A stretch of DNA of 64,000 nt, taken from the NCBI RefSeq assembly GCF_009914755.1, contig NC_060944.1; one strand, given 5' to 3'. The notes beneath the pieces are model-generated. The model saw only the letters and a program-made list of their open reading frames with translations, was not told the origin of the DNA and made no database searches. The translations under genes and the position numbers were made by a program. Shown piece after piece: positions 48,221 to 64,000 of this stretch (positions are counted from its first letter, which is position 1; every line of letters starts with the position of its first letter). The DNA is from the human T2T-CHM13v2.0 reference genome, Homo sapiens.

Positions 48221-48587
48221 TTACCCTGAGAGTTGATATAACTAGGATACTCCACAGCTTCATCCCCAGCACCTACCTCGGGGCCTGCAACATAGTAGGT
48301 GCTCAGGGAAATGATTTTAAATGAAGAAATGCATTAATGGGTGAATGAGAAACTGGCTACTAAAAGCTGGCCTTATTTTGCCCTTCACCCACATAGCACT
48401 GGGTACCTCCAGGGACTTAGATACAGAGGGACCAGCAAAGGTAAATGTCCGGAGTGGGAACAAGCTCAGGGAGACAGAGGAGCAGTGAGGAGGCCAGAGA
48501 GGCTGGAGTAGAGAAAACAAAGGGAGAACGGGGAGGGGAGGCCCCGCGGAGGTGAGCCAGCTGGACCTCTCAAGGCCTTGCGAGTAG

Positions 48588-49169
<582 letters not shown>

Positions 49170-50393
49170 TAGAACAATGCCAGCTGGAGCCAGCACTGCT
49201 CCCCATCTGCTAAGCTCTGCCCTACGACCTCTAGGTGACACTGGGTGTTGGCAGGCATGAAGGACCTACACCGTGGGACTGTGGGGAACACGACCAGGCC
49301 CTGATCAGTAGGTCTGCTGAGTCACCAGGCCTGGCCCAGAGCTAACCTCCGGCAGCCAGGAGCCGCCCCAGGGTCCGTCCTTAGTGCCCTGCCCAGCAGC
49401 TGCCAAGCACAGCCACTGCCACATGAGCTGGATGTCCTGCAGAAGCCAGAGTGACAAACTACCCCCAAATCTGCCCTCCTCCCTGTGCTGTGTGGCCTCT
49501 GGCAAGTCCCCTGCCCTCCCTGGCCTGCGGTGCACCTGCTGTCTCGTGCAAGCCCCAGGCCGCAGTGCCCCTCCCTTTGTGCTGGGTAGAATCCTGGCCA
49601 ATTGCTGATACCGAGTTTAGACCGGAGGGCAGAAAGGCGGGACAGGTAAGTGCAGACAGTGGGGAAGGCTGTGGGCCCCACAGGACTAGACTCTTGTGGG
49701 TGTGGCGGAGGACAAGGCTGCCCATCAGAGCCCCAGGGGCCCAGGCTCCACCCAGGTAACAGGACACAAGAAGAGAGAGCCTCCTAAGCAGAACTCGGTT
49801 TCTATAAGCAAGACAGATAGATAGGGCAAGCCAGCTAGCATTTATTGAGCACTTAATATGTGCTAGGCATTCTACAGCTATTCTCTTACTTAATCTTCTC
49901 AATAGCGGGTGATGATCATGATGCATGGTGATTCCTGTTTTGCAGATGAGGAAACTAAGACCTAAAGAGGTAAAGTCCTTGCTCAAGGTCCCCAAGCCAG
50001 GAAGTGGCAGAGCCAGGGTGAAATCCAAGTCCTTGTCATTCCAGAGCCTCTGCCTGGACCTGGAAGCCCCTCAGACTCTAAAGCTCTAATCCCCCCCCAA
50101 CCCCCCCAGCAAAGTGCAGCATTCAGGACTGAGCCTCAAGGGACCAGCCAGGTCTGATTGTGAACCTCAGAGCAAGGCAGGATTGTCAGTGCAGTAACGT
50201 GAGACTGGTGGGGCCTGATGGCCTCCTTGGGGACAGCCTGGGACAATCGCAAACAGAAGCTGGCTCTGTGCTGGAGCTTGCCCTGTCCTGGGGACCTCTC
50301 CCACCCAGGACGAGCTCACCTCAACATGTAAGTCACCTGGGGCCCGAGGAGCCCATTCTAGGGATGTAAAACCTGAGGCCCAGAATGTCCCTA

Positions 50394-50861
<468 letters not shown>

Positions 50862-51006
50862 TCATCATCTTCCAACAAGCACCCTGGTCCTCCGTCCCAC
50901 CTAAGGCTGAACTTCTGGTGGAAGCTGTGCATACTCCCCCACCCACTTCCACACCCCGCCACCCTCCTCACCCTGCACCCTCCTCACCTCACCCCCTCTC
51001 CTCACC

Positions 51007-51347
51007 CCACCCTCTCCACACCCCACCCTCTCCACACCATCACCCTCTCCACACCCCGCCCTCTCCACACCCCGCCCTCTCCACACCCCACCCTCTCCAC
51101 ACCATCACCCTCTCCACACCCCACCCTCTCCACACCCCACCCTCTCCACACCCCACCCTCTCCACACCATCACCCTCTCTACACCACCACCCTCTCCACA
51201 CCCCACCCTCTCCACACCCCACCCTCTCCACATCCCACCCTCTCCACACCCCACCCTCTCCACACCATCACCCTCTCCACACCCCACCCTCTCCACACCA
51301 CCACCCTCTCTACACGGCCACCCTCTCCTCACCGCCACCCTCTCCTC
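51007..51347 (+). repeat. Minisatellite, 16/17-bp unit CCACCCTCTCCACACC, 21 units, with degenerate units leftwards to ~50950
   Basis: Parsed unit by unit; 17-bp variants start ATC, ACC or GCC. Confidence 0.96.
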
Positions 51348-51359
51348 GGTGCCCTTGAG

Positions 51360-51951
51360 CAGGCCTTCATCCCCTGTGTCACCAAATGGCTCTTGGTGTT
51401 GTGATCCTTGCTGCCAAGTCCCAGTGTGGGATCCTGTGCTCAGAGCCACTTCTCAGCAACGTTTGACACTATTGACCTCCCTCTCCTTCTCGAAACATCC
51501 TTCTTGAAACAGCCTCTATTCCTGACACTAGATGCTCCATGGGCCCTGCCTCTCCTCCTCCTCCCTGGCAGCTCCAACTCAGTGGCTTTAAACAAACATG
51601 TGTTCTGATACATCTCAGACTCCCAACAGCATCCTTGATCTCTCTCCAGGGCTCTGGACTTGAATGTCGAGTTACCTACTTGAAATATCCTAAAAACACA
51701 GCCTGGTTCCCCACAAAGACTTATTTCATTCCTCCTTCCTTATCTCCGCACTCTCCAGTCTTTGTTCCTCAGTGACACCACCCTGTAGCTCAAGCATCAA
51801 AGTGACGTATCATTCTCAAGTCCTCTGTTTCCCTCCCACCACCTCCAAAATTTGTCCTGAGTTTTCCATTTCTCTGTAACCCCATGGCCACCACCCTGGT
51901 CCAGGCTGCTACCGTCCTCACCCTTGACCTCCTTGCTGTTTCTTTTTGGGG

Positions 51952-51983
<32 letters not shown>

Positions 51984-52595
51984 CTACATTTGCTTCCCAT
52001 GCTGCCGGGGGAACTTTCAGAAACATAAATCAAAACATGTCACTTGCCTGCTGGAAACCTTCCAGTGGCCTCTGGCTGCCTTTCCAAAGACTCCCAAGTC
52101 CTCACATTGGCCTACAAGGCCCCATCTTCTTCTCCAGCCTTCCCTCCTCCCTTCCTATTCAGCCACATTGGCTTCCTTTCATGTTCTCCAGCAAGCCAAG
52201 TTCTTTCCTGCCTAGGGGCCTTTGCACTTGCTGTTTCTTCTGTCTGTAACTCTCTTCCTTCTGCTCTTCCTATAACTGCCTCTTTCTCTTCTTTTAAAGC
52301 CCAGCTCAACCATCACCTTTCCAGAGATCACTTCCCTGATCATCTAATTGAAGGACCTCACCCTTCACCCTGGTCACTCTCAACCCTATCATCCTGTTTA
52401 TTCCCTTCATAACTCAGCAATGTCGGGAGCTCACTTACTTGTTGACTTGTTTATTGTCTATCCACCTCTCTTCCCCAGAATGTTGGTCCCATGAAGGCAG
52501 GGATTTAATATCTTTCTTGTTCAGTGCATTAGATGGAAACCAGGTACACACAGCACAGTGCCTGGCACATAGAAAATGCTCAATAAATATTGGAT
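51360..52595 (+). mobile_element. Long L2 3' fragment ending in the L2 tail
   Basis: ctcagcaacgtttgacactattgacc...gccaccaccctggtccaggc...ggcctttgcacttgctgtt...acagtgcctggcacatag...gctcaataaatattg. Confidence 0.85.
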
Positions 52596-53577
52596 GGATG
52601 GATGGATGGATGAGATGGATGAATGAATGGATGGGATGGATGGGATGGATGGATGATAGATGGATGGGATGAATGAATGGATGTGATAAATGGATGGTTG
52701 AGATGAACCGATGGATGAATGGATGGGTGGATGGGTAATGAATAGCTGGAATGGGTAGTTGGATAGATGGATGATGGATGGGTGGATGAGATGGATGGAT
52801 AGATGGATGATGAGGGATGGATGGATGAGATGGATGGATAGATGGGATGGATGGATGGGATGAATGGATGGATGAAATGGAGGGATGAATGAATGAGATG
52901 GATAGGAGGGATGAATGAATGGGATGGATAGGATGGATGAATAGATGGATGAATAGGTGGATGGATGAATGGGTGGGTGGGGGATGGATGGATAGGGTGA
53001 ATGGATGGATGGATGAATGGATAGTTGGATCGATGGATGGATGGATGGATGAATGAGATGGATGGGATGGATGGATGAATGAGTGGGATGGATGAGATGG
53101 ATGGATGGATGAATGGATGTGTGGGTGGGGGATGGATGGTTGGGATGGATGAATGGATGAGATGAATGGATGGATGAGTGGATGACATGGATGGATGGAT
53201 AGATGGATGGGATGGATGGATGGATGGATGGATGAGTGGATGGGATGGATGGGTGGATGAATGGATGGATGGATGGATGGATGGGATGGATGGATGGAAG
53301 GACGGATGGGTGGGTAATGGATAGATGGGATGGGTGGATGGATAAATGGATGGATGGAATGGATGGATGGATGGATGGATGAGTGGATAGGATAGATGGC
53401 TGGATGGATGGATGGATGGATGAGTGGATAGGATAGATGGCTGGATGGATGGATGGATGGGATGGATGGATGGATGGATGGACGGATGAGTGGGTAATGG
53501 ATAGATAGGATGGATGGATGGATGAGAGGATGGGATGGATGGGATAGATGGATGGATGGGGGATGGATGGATGGATA
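52590..53577 (+). repeat. ~1-kb degenerate (TGGA)n tract
   Basis: Directly visible; starts exactly at the L2 3' terminus. Confidence 0.97.
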
Positions 53578-54519
53578 TGCAACCAGATAAACAAACCTAA
53601 AGTACACCTTTAATCATGCCACTCTCCTTCTCCAGAACCTAACTTGGCTGCCCACTGCCTATGGAATAGACAGCAAACTCTCCTCTGGGACATTCAAAGC
53701 GTTCTGAACTGATTCCAAAGTGGGGGTGCAGTGAGTGATAAGTGAGAAGATAAGTCATTCATACTGAAGCATTAGGAAGTGGATCAGTTAACCATCTCTC
53801 TCCTTGATCTGGGCATGAGCCATTTGAGGGCAGGGTCATCTTCATCTCTCTGTCTAGACATTGAGCCCTTGGTCAGCAACATCAGAGATGTCTGATGAAT
53901 AAATACATGACTGAGTGAGCGAGTGAGCAAGTGAAAGCAGCCCCACTCTGCCCCAAAAAGCCAGCAAGCGAAAAGCAGGAAGCTTCAGACCCAGAGGGCT
54001 GAACAGTTCAAATTTAGAATAGGAGAGCAGTTTCACTGTTTCAGGTCACTGCTCCTGGCCAAGGTTTCAAAAGTATGTAAAGCTGGGGCTCTGCAGCAAC
54101 AGGAAAATTGAAACTTACCAGAAACTAGACTGGCAGTGTCTCTCGGGAGGGACTGATTTGAATGCCAATGACCTGATCCTCCAATTATAAGAGCAGCACA
54201 GTGTCAGACTAAAAAGCACACTCCCACGTAATTGCAACCAAAGCCACAAAGACTCCCACAACTAAGAGTGGCACTTCTTCAGTGTCCCGTCCTGCTGACA
54301 CACTTTTGGTTTTTGCAGACCTTGGGCCCTTCCATTGTGACTCTTGGTTTGCAGGTGGAAGAGGAGCAGAGCTGTGAAGAGGAGAGCTTGGGGTCACCTC
54401 AGCTCTGCCAGAGGTTCTGTGACCTGCCAGAGGCTCTGGGACCTTCCCTGAGTCATCATCTGTGGAGAAAGGACTTGCCACTGAGTGGTGTGTTCTACTT
54501 GTACCGCTCTTCTGATCGA

Positions 54520-54870
54520 TCAGCGTCTTTGATTGGGTTCCCTGGGAAACAGACTCAGAGAGCTGGGCACGCAGGTGGTTTACTGGGGAGTGCTCTCACG
54601 CACAGCACCTGTGAAGGGGGTAGAGTGGTGTGGGGGGCAGTGATGTGGGGCTGGAATGCAGGCACACCAGAGGCCTCACCAGAGCTCAGAGGCTGGAACA
54701 GCCCTTCTGAGTTGCCTACATCAGGACCATGAAATGGGGTCCTTAGACCCCCATGTCAACCCGACGTTGGAGGTGGCCTGCCCCTATGGAGGAGGCAGTC
54801 TTAGGCAAGGCGATTCTCCTTGGCTGAAGGCGAATCCTGGAGCCTCTGTCCTGAAGGAGAATCCAGGTGG
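54520..54870 (-). mobile_element. LTR16-like ERVL LTR
   Basis: gggttccctgggaaacagactcagag...tttactggggagtgctctc...cacctgtg; subfamily tentative. Confidence 0.55.
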
Positions 54871-55620
54871 CAGACTACAGTCTCCACTGAAGTCCACTCC
54901 TCTTCACTTCCACCGCCTGGAGCCAACCCATCACCTCTCATCTGGATGCAGCCTTAAGATCCTCCCCAGAGCTCAGCATTCATGCTTGGCCCTTCACCAA
55001 CAGAGTCCAATCTGCACCAGGAACCCAAAGCCACAGGAGGTCTCCCAGCACAGAAATCAGATCACTTCACTTCACTGCTTGAAACCCTCAAATGGCCTCC
55101 CAGAACAAAACACACTCAGAATAAAATCCTGAGTGATCCCTGCCTCTGCCTATGACCTCTCCCTTCACTGTGCTTCAGCCCTTTCTCTCTCTCTCTCTTT
55201 TATAACAATCCATCATGACGTTCAATGTTCTCTTTTTCTTGAGACAGCAGCTGTGTTCCACCGCAGGGCCTTTGCTCTTGTTGTTCCCGCTGCCTGACGT
55301 TCTCTTCCCTCAGATCTTCCCATGGCTGACTCTACGTCCTTCAAGTTTCATCTGACACGTCACCTCCTCAGAGGGATATTCCCTGGTTATCCGATCTAAA
55401 GTGGTTCCACATTCCTCGCACGTTACCTTCCTTTTAAACCACTTCTCGCTGTCTGAAACTATCTTATGACTTTACTAGTTGACTTCCTGTCTCCTTCCAT
55501 CAGAATAAACTCCGTGGGGGTAGGAATCACATCTGCCTTGTTCAACTCTGTTACCTGCAGCCTCTAAACCAGAAACCAATGCGTTGTAGGTGTTATCTAT
55601 TTGTTGAATGGCTTAATAAT
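54870..55620 (+). mobile_element. L2 3' fragment
   Basis: cagggcctttgctcttgttgttcccgctgcctg...gtaggtgttatctatttgttgaatg. Confidence 0.75.
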
Positions 55621-55624
55621 GATT

Positions 55625-56150
55625 TCATGATTCTGTCTCCTTACTTATTGCTAATCTTGCTCTTTTTACTGTTTGCCTTAATCAATCAGATTTGTCAGGA
55701 TTTATCTGTCTTCAGGTGCTTTCTTTTTAAAGAACACCTTTTTCACTTTATTTATCACTTCTACTTTGTTTTTTCTATTTCATTAATTGCATAGTTTACC
55801 TTTAATTTCTTATTCCTATCCTTTTGGCTTCTTATATTTTCTATTTTCTTAAGTTAAATACTTAATCCACTTTGTTTTCAATTTTTAAAAATAATAGACG
55901 TCTTTAAGGCTATACATTTTCCTCTGTAGGCAGCATTAGCTATGTCTCACACACTTTGGTATGAACAGTGTCTGCTTTTTAAGACTCTAGATAAGTTTCC
56001 ATGTTGGTTCTGATTTTCCTCTGATTCAGGGGCCATTTAGAAATAATAGCTATTTTTCAAGAAGTTAAAATTTTGAGGTTGCTTTTGATAATTTATTCTG
56101 AATTTTATTGGATTATGAAATGAGAATGTGGCTTGGAAACATCTCTACTT
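55625..56150 (-). mobile_element. Old L1 ORF2 fragment
   Basis: T-rich reverse L1 text (tttaaggctatacattttcctctg...gctatgtctcacacactttggtatg). Confidence 0.7.
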
Positions 56151-56257
56151 TGCAACTTCACTTTGCCATTTACAAACTCTCACTAGACCAGAGTTTCCTT
56201 GCTGAGCATGTTTCCTCATCTGTAAAGCGAGCACAATAAACAGTGGCTACAGATTTA

Positions 56258-57968
<1,711 letters not shown>

Positions 57969-58468
57969 TAGCAAGAGTACTTTAGATTTATAGACGGTGC
58001 TTTGCAGTGAAGCTGCCATGATGAAAGCTTCCATTGACCGACCACCTGTCGTGTGTGAAGCATTGTTCTTGGTAACTCACATATGTTGCTGCATTTCCTC
58101 TTCACAATAACTTCATGCGGAAAGTTTTACCACCTCCCTTCTCCAAATGAGAAAACAGTATAAGAGAAATGTGACTTTACCAAGAGCACCCAGCTTCTGA
58201 GTGGGTTCAGCCTGGGGGTGTCTGGCTCTTCCTACATCTGGAATCTTCAGATTGAGAAGGTTCATTGTCATTTACTCAGCAAATATTTGAGCATCTGCCC
58301 CTTGCCTTCTGTCCTGCAGTATGCCGAATTCTGGACTAGGTGCTGGAGATGGAACAGGGAGCAAAACAGCGTCCTTTGTCCCCTGTCCCAGTTGGGAAGA
58401 AAGACAAAGAAAAGACAAACAAAACAAAACAAGACGAAAACAGCACTTCACAGTATATATGATGTTAG

Positions 58469-59225
<757 letters not shown>

Positions 59226-59529
59226 TAATGAGCGCGTCCTTCTTGTGGTGTGTCCTTTCTTCACTTGCAGTCTTCACTCACAGCCCTGCCATTTCTTGTT
59301 CCTGTGTAATCTGTCACTTTGTGGCACTTCCTTTTCCTCTGTGTTGACAGAGCCTGGCTTGTTTAGCCACTCTTGTGTCCTCAGGGGGTTTGATTTCCTT
59401 CCATGTTATTGCTATTATGTGTTACATAGCGATGAACTAGCCAGGACACATTGTTATTTTTCCCCTGGTTTGCCTCCCTGTTCGTAATCCTCCGTCACCG
59501 TTCACATTTCTATTGATTTTCAGCCAAAC

Positions 59530-59690
59530 TCGGGGGTTGGCAAATTACGGCCACCCACCTGTTTTTGTAAATAAAGTTTTATTGGAATGCAGCCAAGCCT
59601 GTTTGTTTACATATTGTCTGGGGCTGCTTGAGCTATGAGGGCAGAATTGAGAAGTTGAATAGCTGAGTGACAGAGACTGCATACGGCCCC
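59530..59690 (+). mobile_element. MER58A fragment
   Basis: ggggttggcaaa...cacctgtttttgtaaataaagttttattggaa. Confidence 0.85.
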
Positions 59691-62250
<2,560 letters not shown>

Positions 62251-62399
62251 AAAATTTTGATGAGAATGGGGTTGTGTAAGTATGTTCACCCTGACAAAAG
62301 AGCTGTTTGCTTTGGATTTATGGACTTTTCTGTATGTATATTACACTTCTATAAATGTTTACAAAATTTGGGGTAGGATATAGAAAGTAGAGATAAACT

Positions 62400-63065
62400 T
62401 GTCTTATAAAAACATACTACAGGGCTATCATAATTAAAACTGTAAGGCATAATAAGACAAATAGCTCAATGAAATGGAAGAATCTTGCTACAGAATTTAA
62501 TGTGTAAGACATGGGGAAATTATTGATTGTTCAATAAATACTGTTGAGACAATTAGCAATCCATTTGGAAAAAATAAATTATAGACCGCCCCTCCTGACC
62601 ATATCATACACAAAATCCCCTTTAATTCCAGGGGTTAAAGATATAAATAGCATGATCATTCACTGATGGTAGAAGGATTAATTCATACTGCCTTTTTGTA
62701 GGACAACTTGGTAGGCTCCTTCAACATTTAAAATGTGCAGGTGGGGCGTGATGGCTGACGCCTGTAATCCCAACACTTTGGGAGGACAAGGCGGGTGGAT
62801 CACTTGATCCCAGGAATTTGAGACCAGTGTGGGTAACATAGTAAGACCCTGTCTCTACAAAAAATACACTAATTAGCCAGGTGTGGTGTGTGTGCCTGTG
62901 GTCTCAGCTACTCAGGAAGCTGAGTTGGGAAGATAGCTTGAGCCCAGGAGGTTGAGGCTGCAGTGACCCATGATCGCACCACTGCACTCCAGCCTGGGGT
63001 GACGGAGTGAGACCTTATATCATAAACAAATAAATATATGTATGTATTTGTGTGTGCATGTGTGC

Positions 63066-63096
<31 letters not shown>

Positions 63097-63310
63097 GGTG
63101 TGGGTGTGTATCCCTTGCTCCAACAATTTCATTTCTTGGACTCTCTCAAGTTGGCCTACACATATATGTGCACATGGATTGATGTGCATCTGTGTTCACT
63201 GTGGTGCATATAATGTGATAGTGGAAAACTGGAAACTACCTCCATGTCCATTAGGAGGGGAATGGCTAAATTACATACATCCACACAAGAGATTACCATG
63301 TGTCACAATT
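62400..63310 (+). mobile_element. Old L1ME-type fragments with an AluJ (62741-63035) and (GT)n (~63074-63096)
   Basis: ttcaataaatactgttgagacaatt...; aaaactggaaactacctccatgtccatt. Confidence 0.7.
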
Positions 63311-63329
63311 CAAATAATAAGACAGGTTC

Positions 63330-63660
63330 AGTCATTCATGCAACAAATATTTATTGAGCAACTACTATGTGCTAAGACCAGTTCTTAGCTCTGGGGATAG
63401 AGCAGAAAACAAAACAGTCTCTGCCTTCATGGGGATTATATTTTAGTGGGGTTGACAGCCAATGAACAAAGAACAATAAAAATATAGTACGATTCAGAGT
63501 GAGAATATTGTGAATCAATAAAACAGGGTAAGGGGGGACAGGGACAGGGAGGTGGCATTTCAGACTGGGTGCTCATCAAATCTTCTCCAAGGAGGTAACA
63601 TCTGGGCTTTATTTGAGGGAGCTCTTCATTCACGGAAAAGAGGTCTCCAGAAACATTAAG
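63330..63660 (-). mobile_element. L2 3' end
   Basis: cattcatgcaacaaatatttattgagcaactactatgtgc. Confidence 0.8.
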
Positions 63661-63774
63661 AAAAAACAAAACAAAACAAAAGTAATTACAGGACAACTTA
63701 TGGTTTTTAAACTATGCCTTTGTTTTCCTAAGCATGCATATAGGTATACAGGTATAGATCTGGACATCAGCCAA

Positions 63775-64000
63775 TGGCTGGACATGGTGGCTCACACCTG
63801 GAATCCCAGCACTTTGGGAGGCCAAGGCAAAAGGACGGCTGGAGCCCAGGAGTTCGAGACCAATCTGGACAACATGGTGAAACCCCATCTCTACAAGAAA
63901 TACAAAAATTATAAAAATTAGCTGAGCGTGGTGGTGTGGGCTTGTAGTCCCAGCTACTTAGGAGGCTGAGGCGGGAGGATCACTTGAGCCCAGGAGGTTG
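63775..64000 (+). mobile_element. AluJ (runs off the window edge)
   Basis: Alu left arm, linker and part of the right arm. Confidence 0.92.

Noticed and set aside
52435-53607. 390-, 357- and 202-aa ORFs rich in H/P/S/I
   Set aside because: They are translations of the (TCCA)n strand of a tetranucleotide repeat that lacks stop codons; there is no gene structure.

Overview
Human-type (primate) genomic DNA. The only protein-coding sequence I can support is exon 1 of PTGIS (prostacyclin synthase, CYP8A1) on the minus strand at 1615-1688. It encodes the N-terminal membrane anchor [24 protein letters not shown](R) and lies in a CpG-island promoter with the known 9-bp CCGCCAGCC VNTR (6 units here, one variant). 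Positions 1-1614 are the start of intron 1. The remaining ~62 kb is upstream intergenic DNA; from recalled annotation it is 20q13.13, with B4GALT5 beyond the right edge and not seen here. It is dominated by about 47 Alu copies or fragments plus MIR, L2, old L1, MaLR/ERV LTRs, hAT MITEs (MER20, MER5A, MER45A, MER58A, MER81) and simple repeats. None of the supplied ORFs looks like a real gene, and I found no novel gene system. The most notable non-coding observations are: (i) an orphan CpG island built on a GC-shifted MER20 carrying two strong CTCF motifs, inside a cluster of 4 CTCF motifs at 42.7-46.2 kb; (ii) a 16/17-bp minisatellite in which most units match the PRDM9 hotspot motif CCNCCNTNNCCNC; (iii) a ~95%-identical local direct duplication of a MIR/(TCCA)n block 1.8 kb apart. 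Repeat family names come from recalled consensus sequences and their boundaries are approximate.
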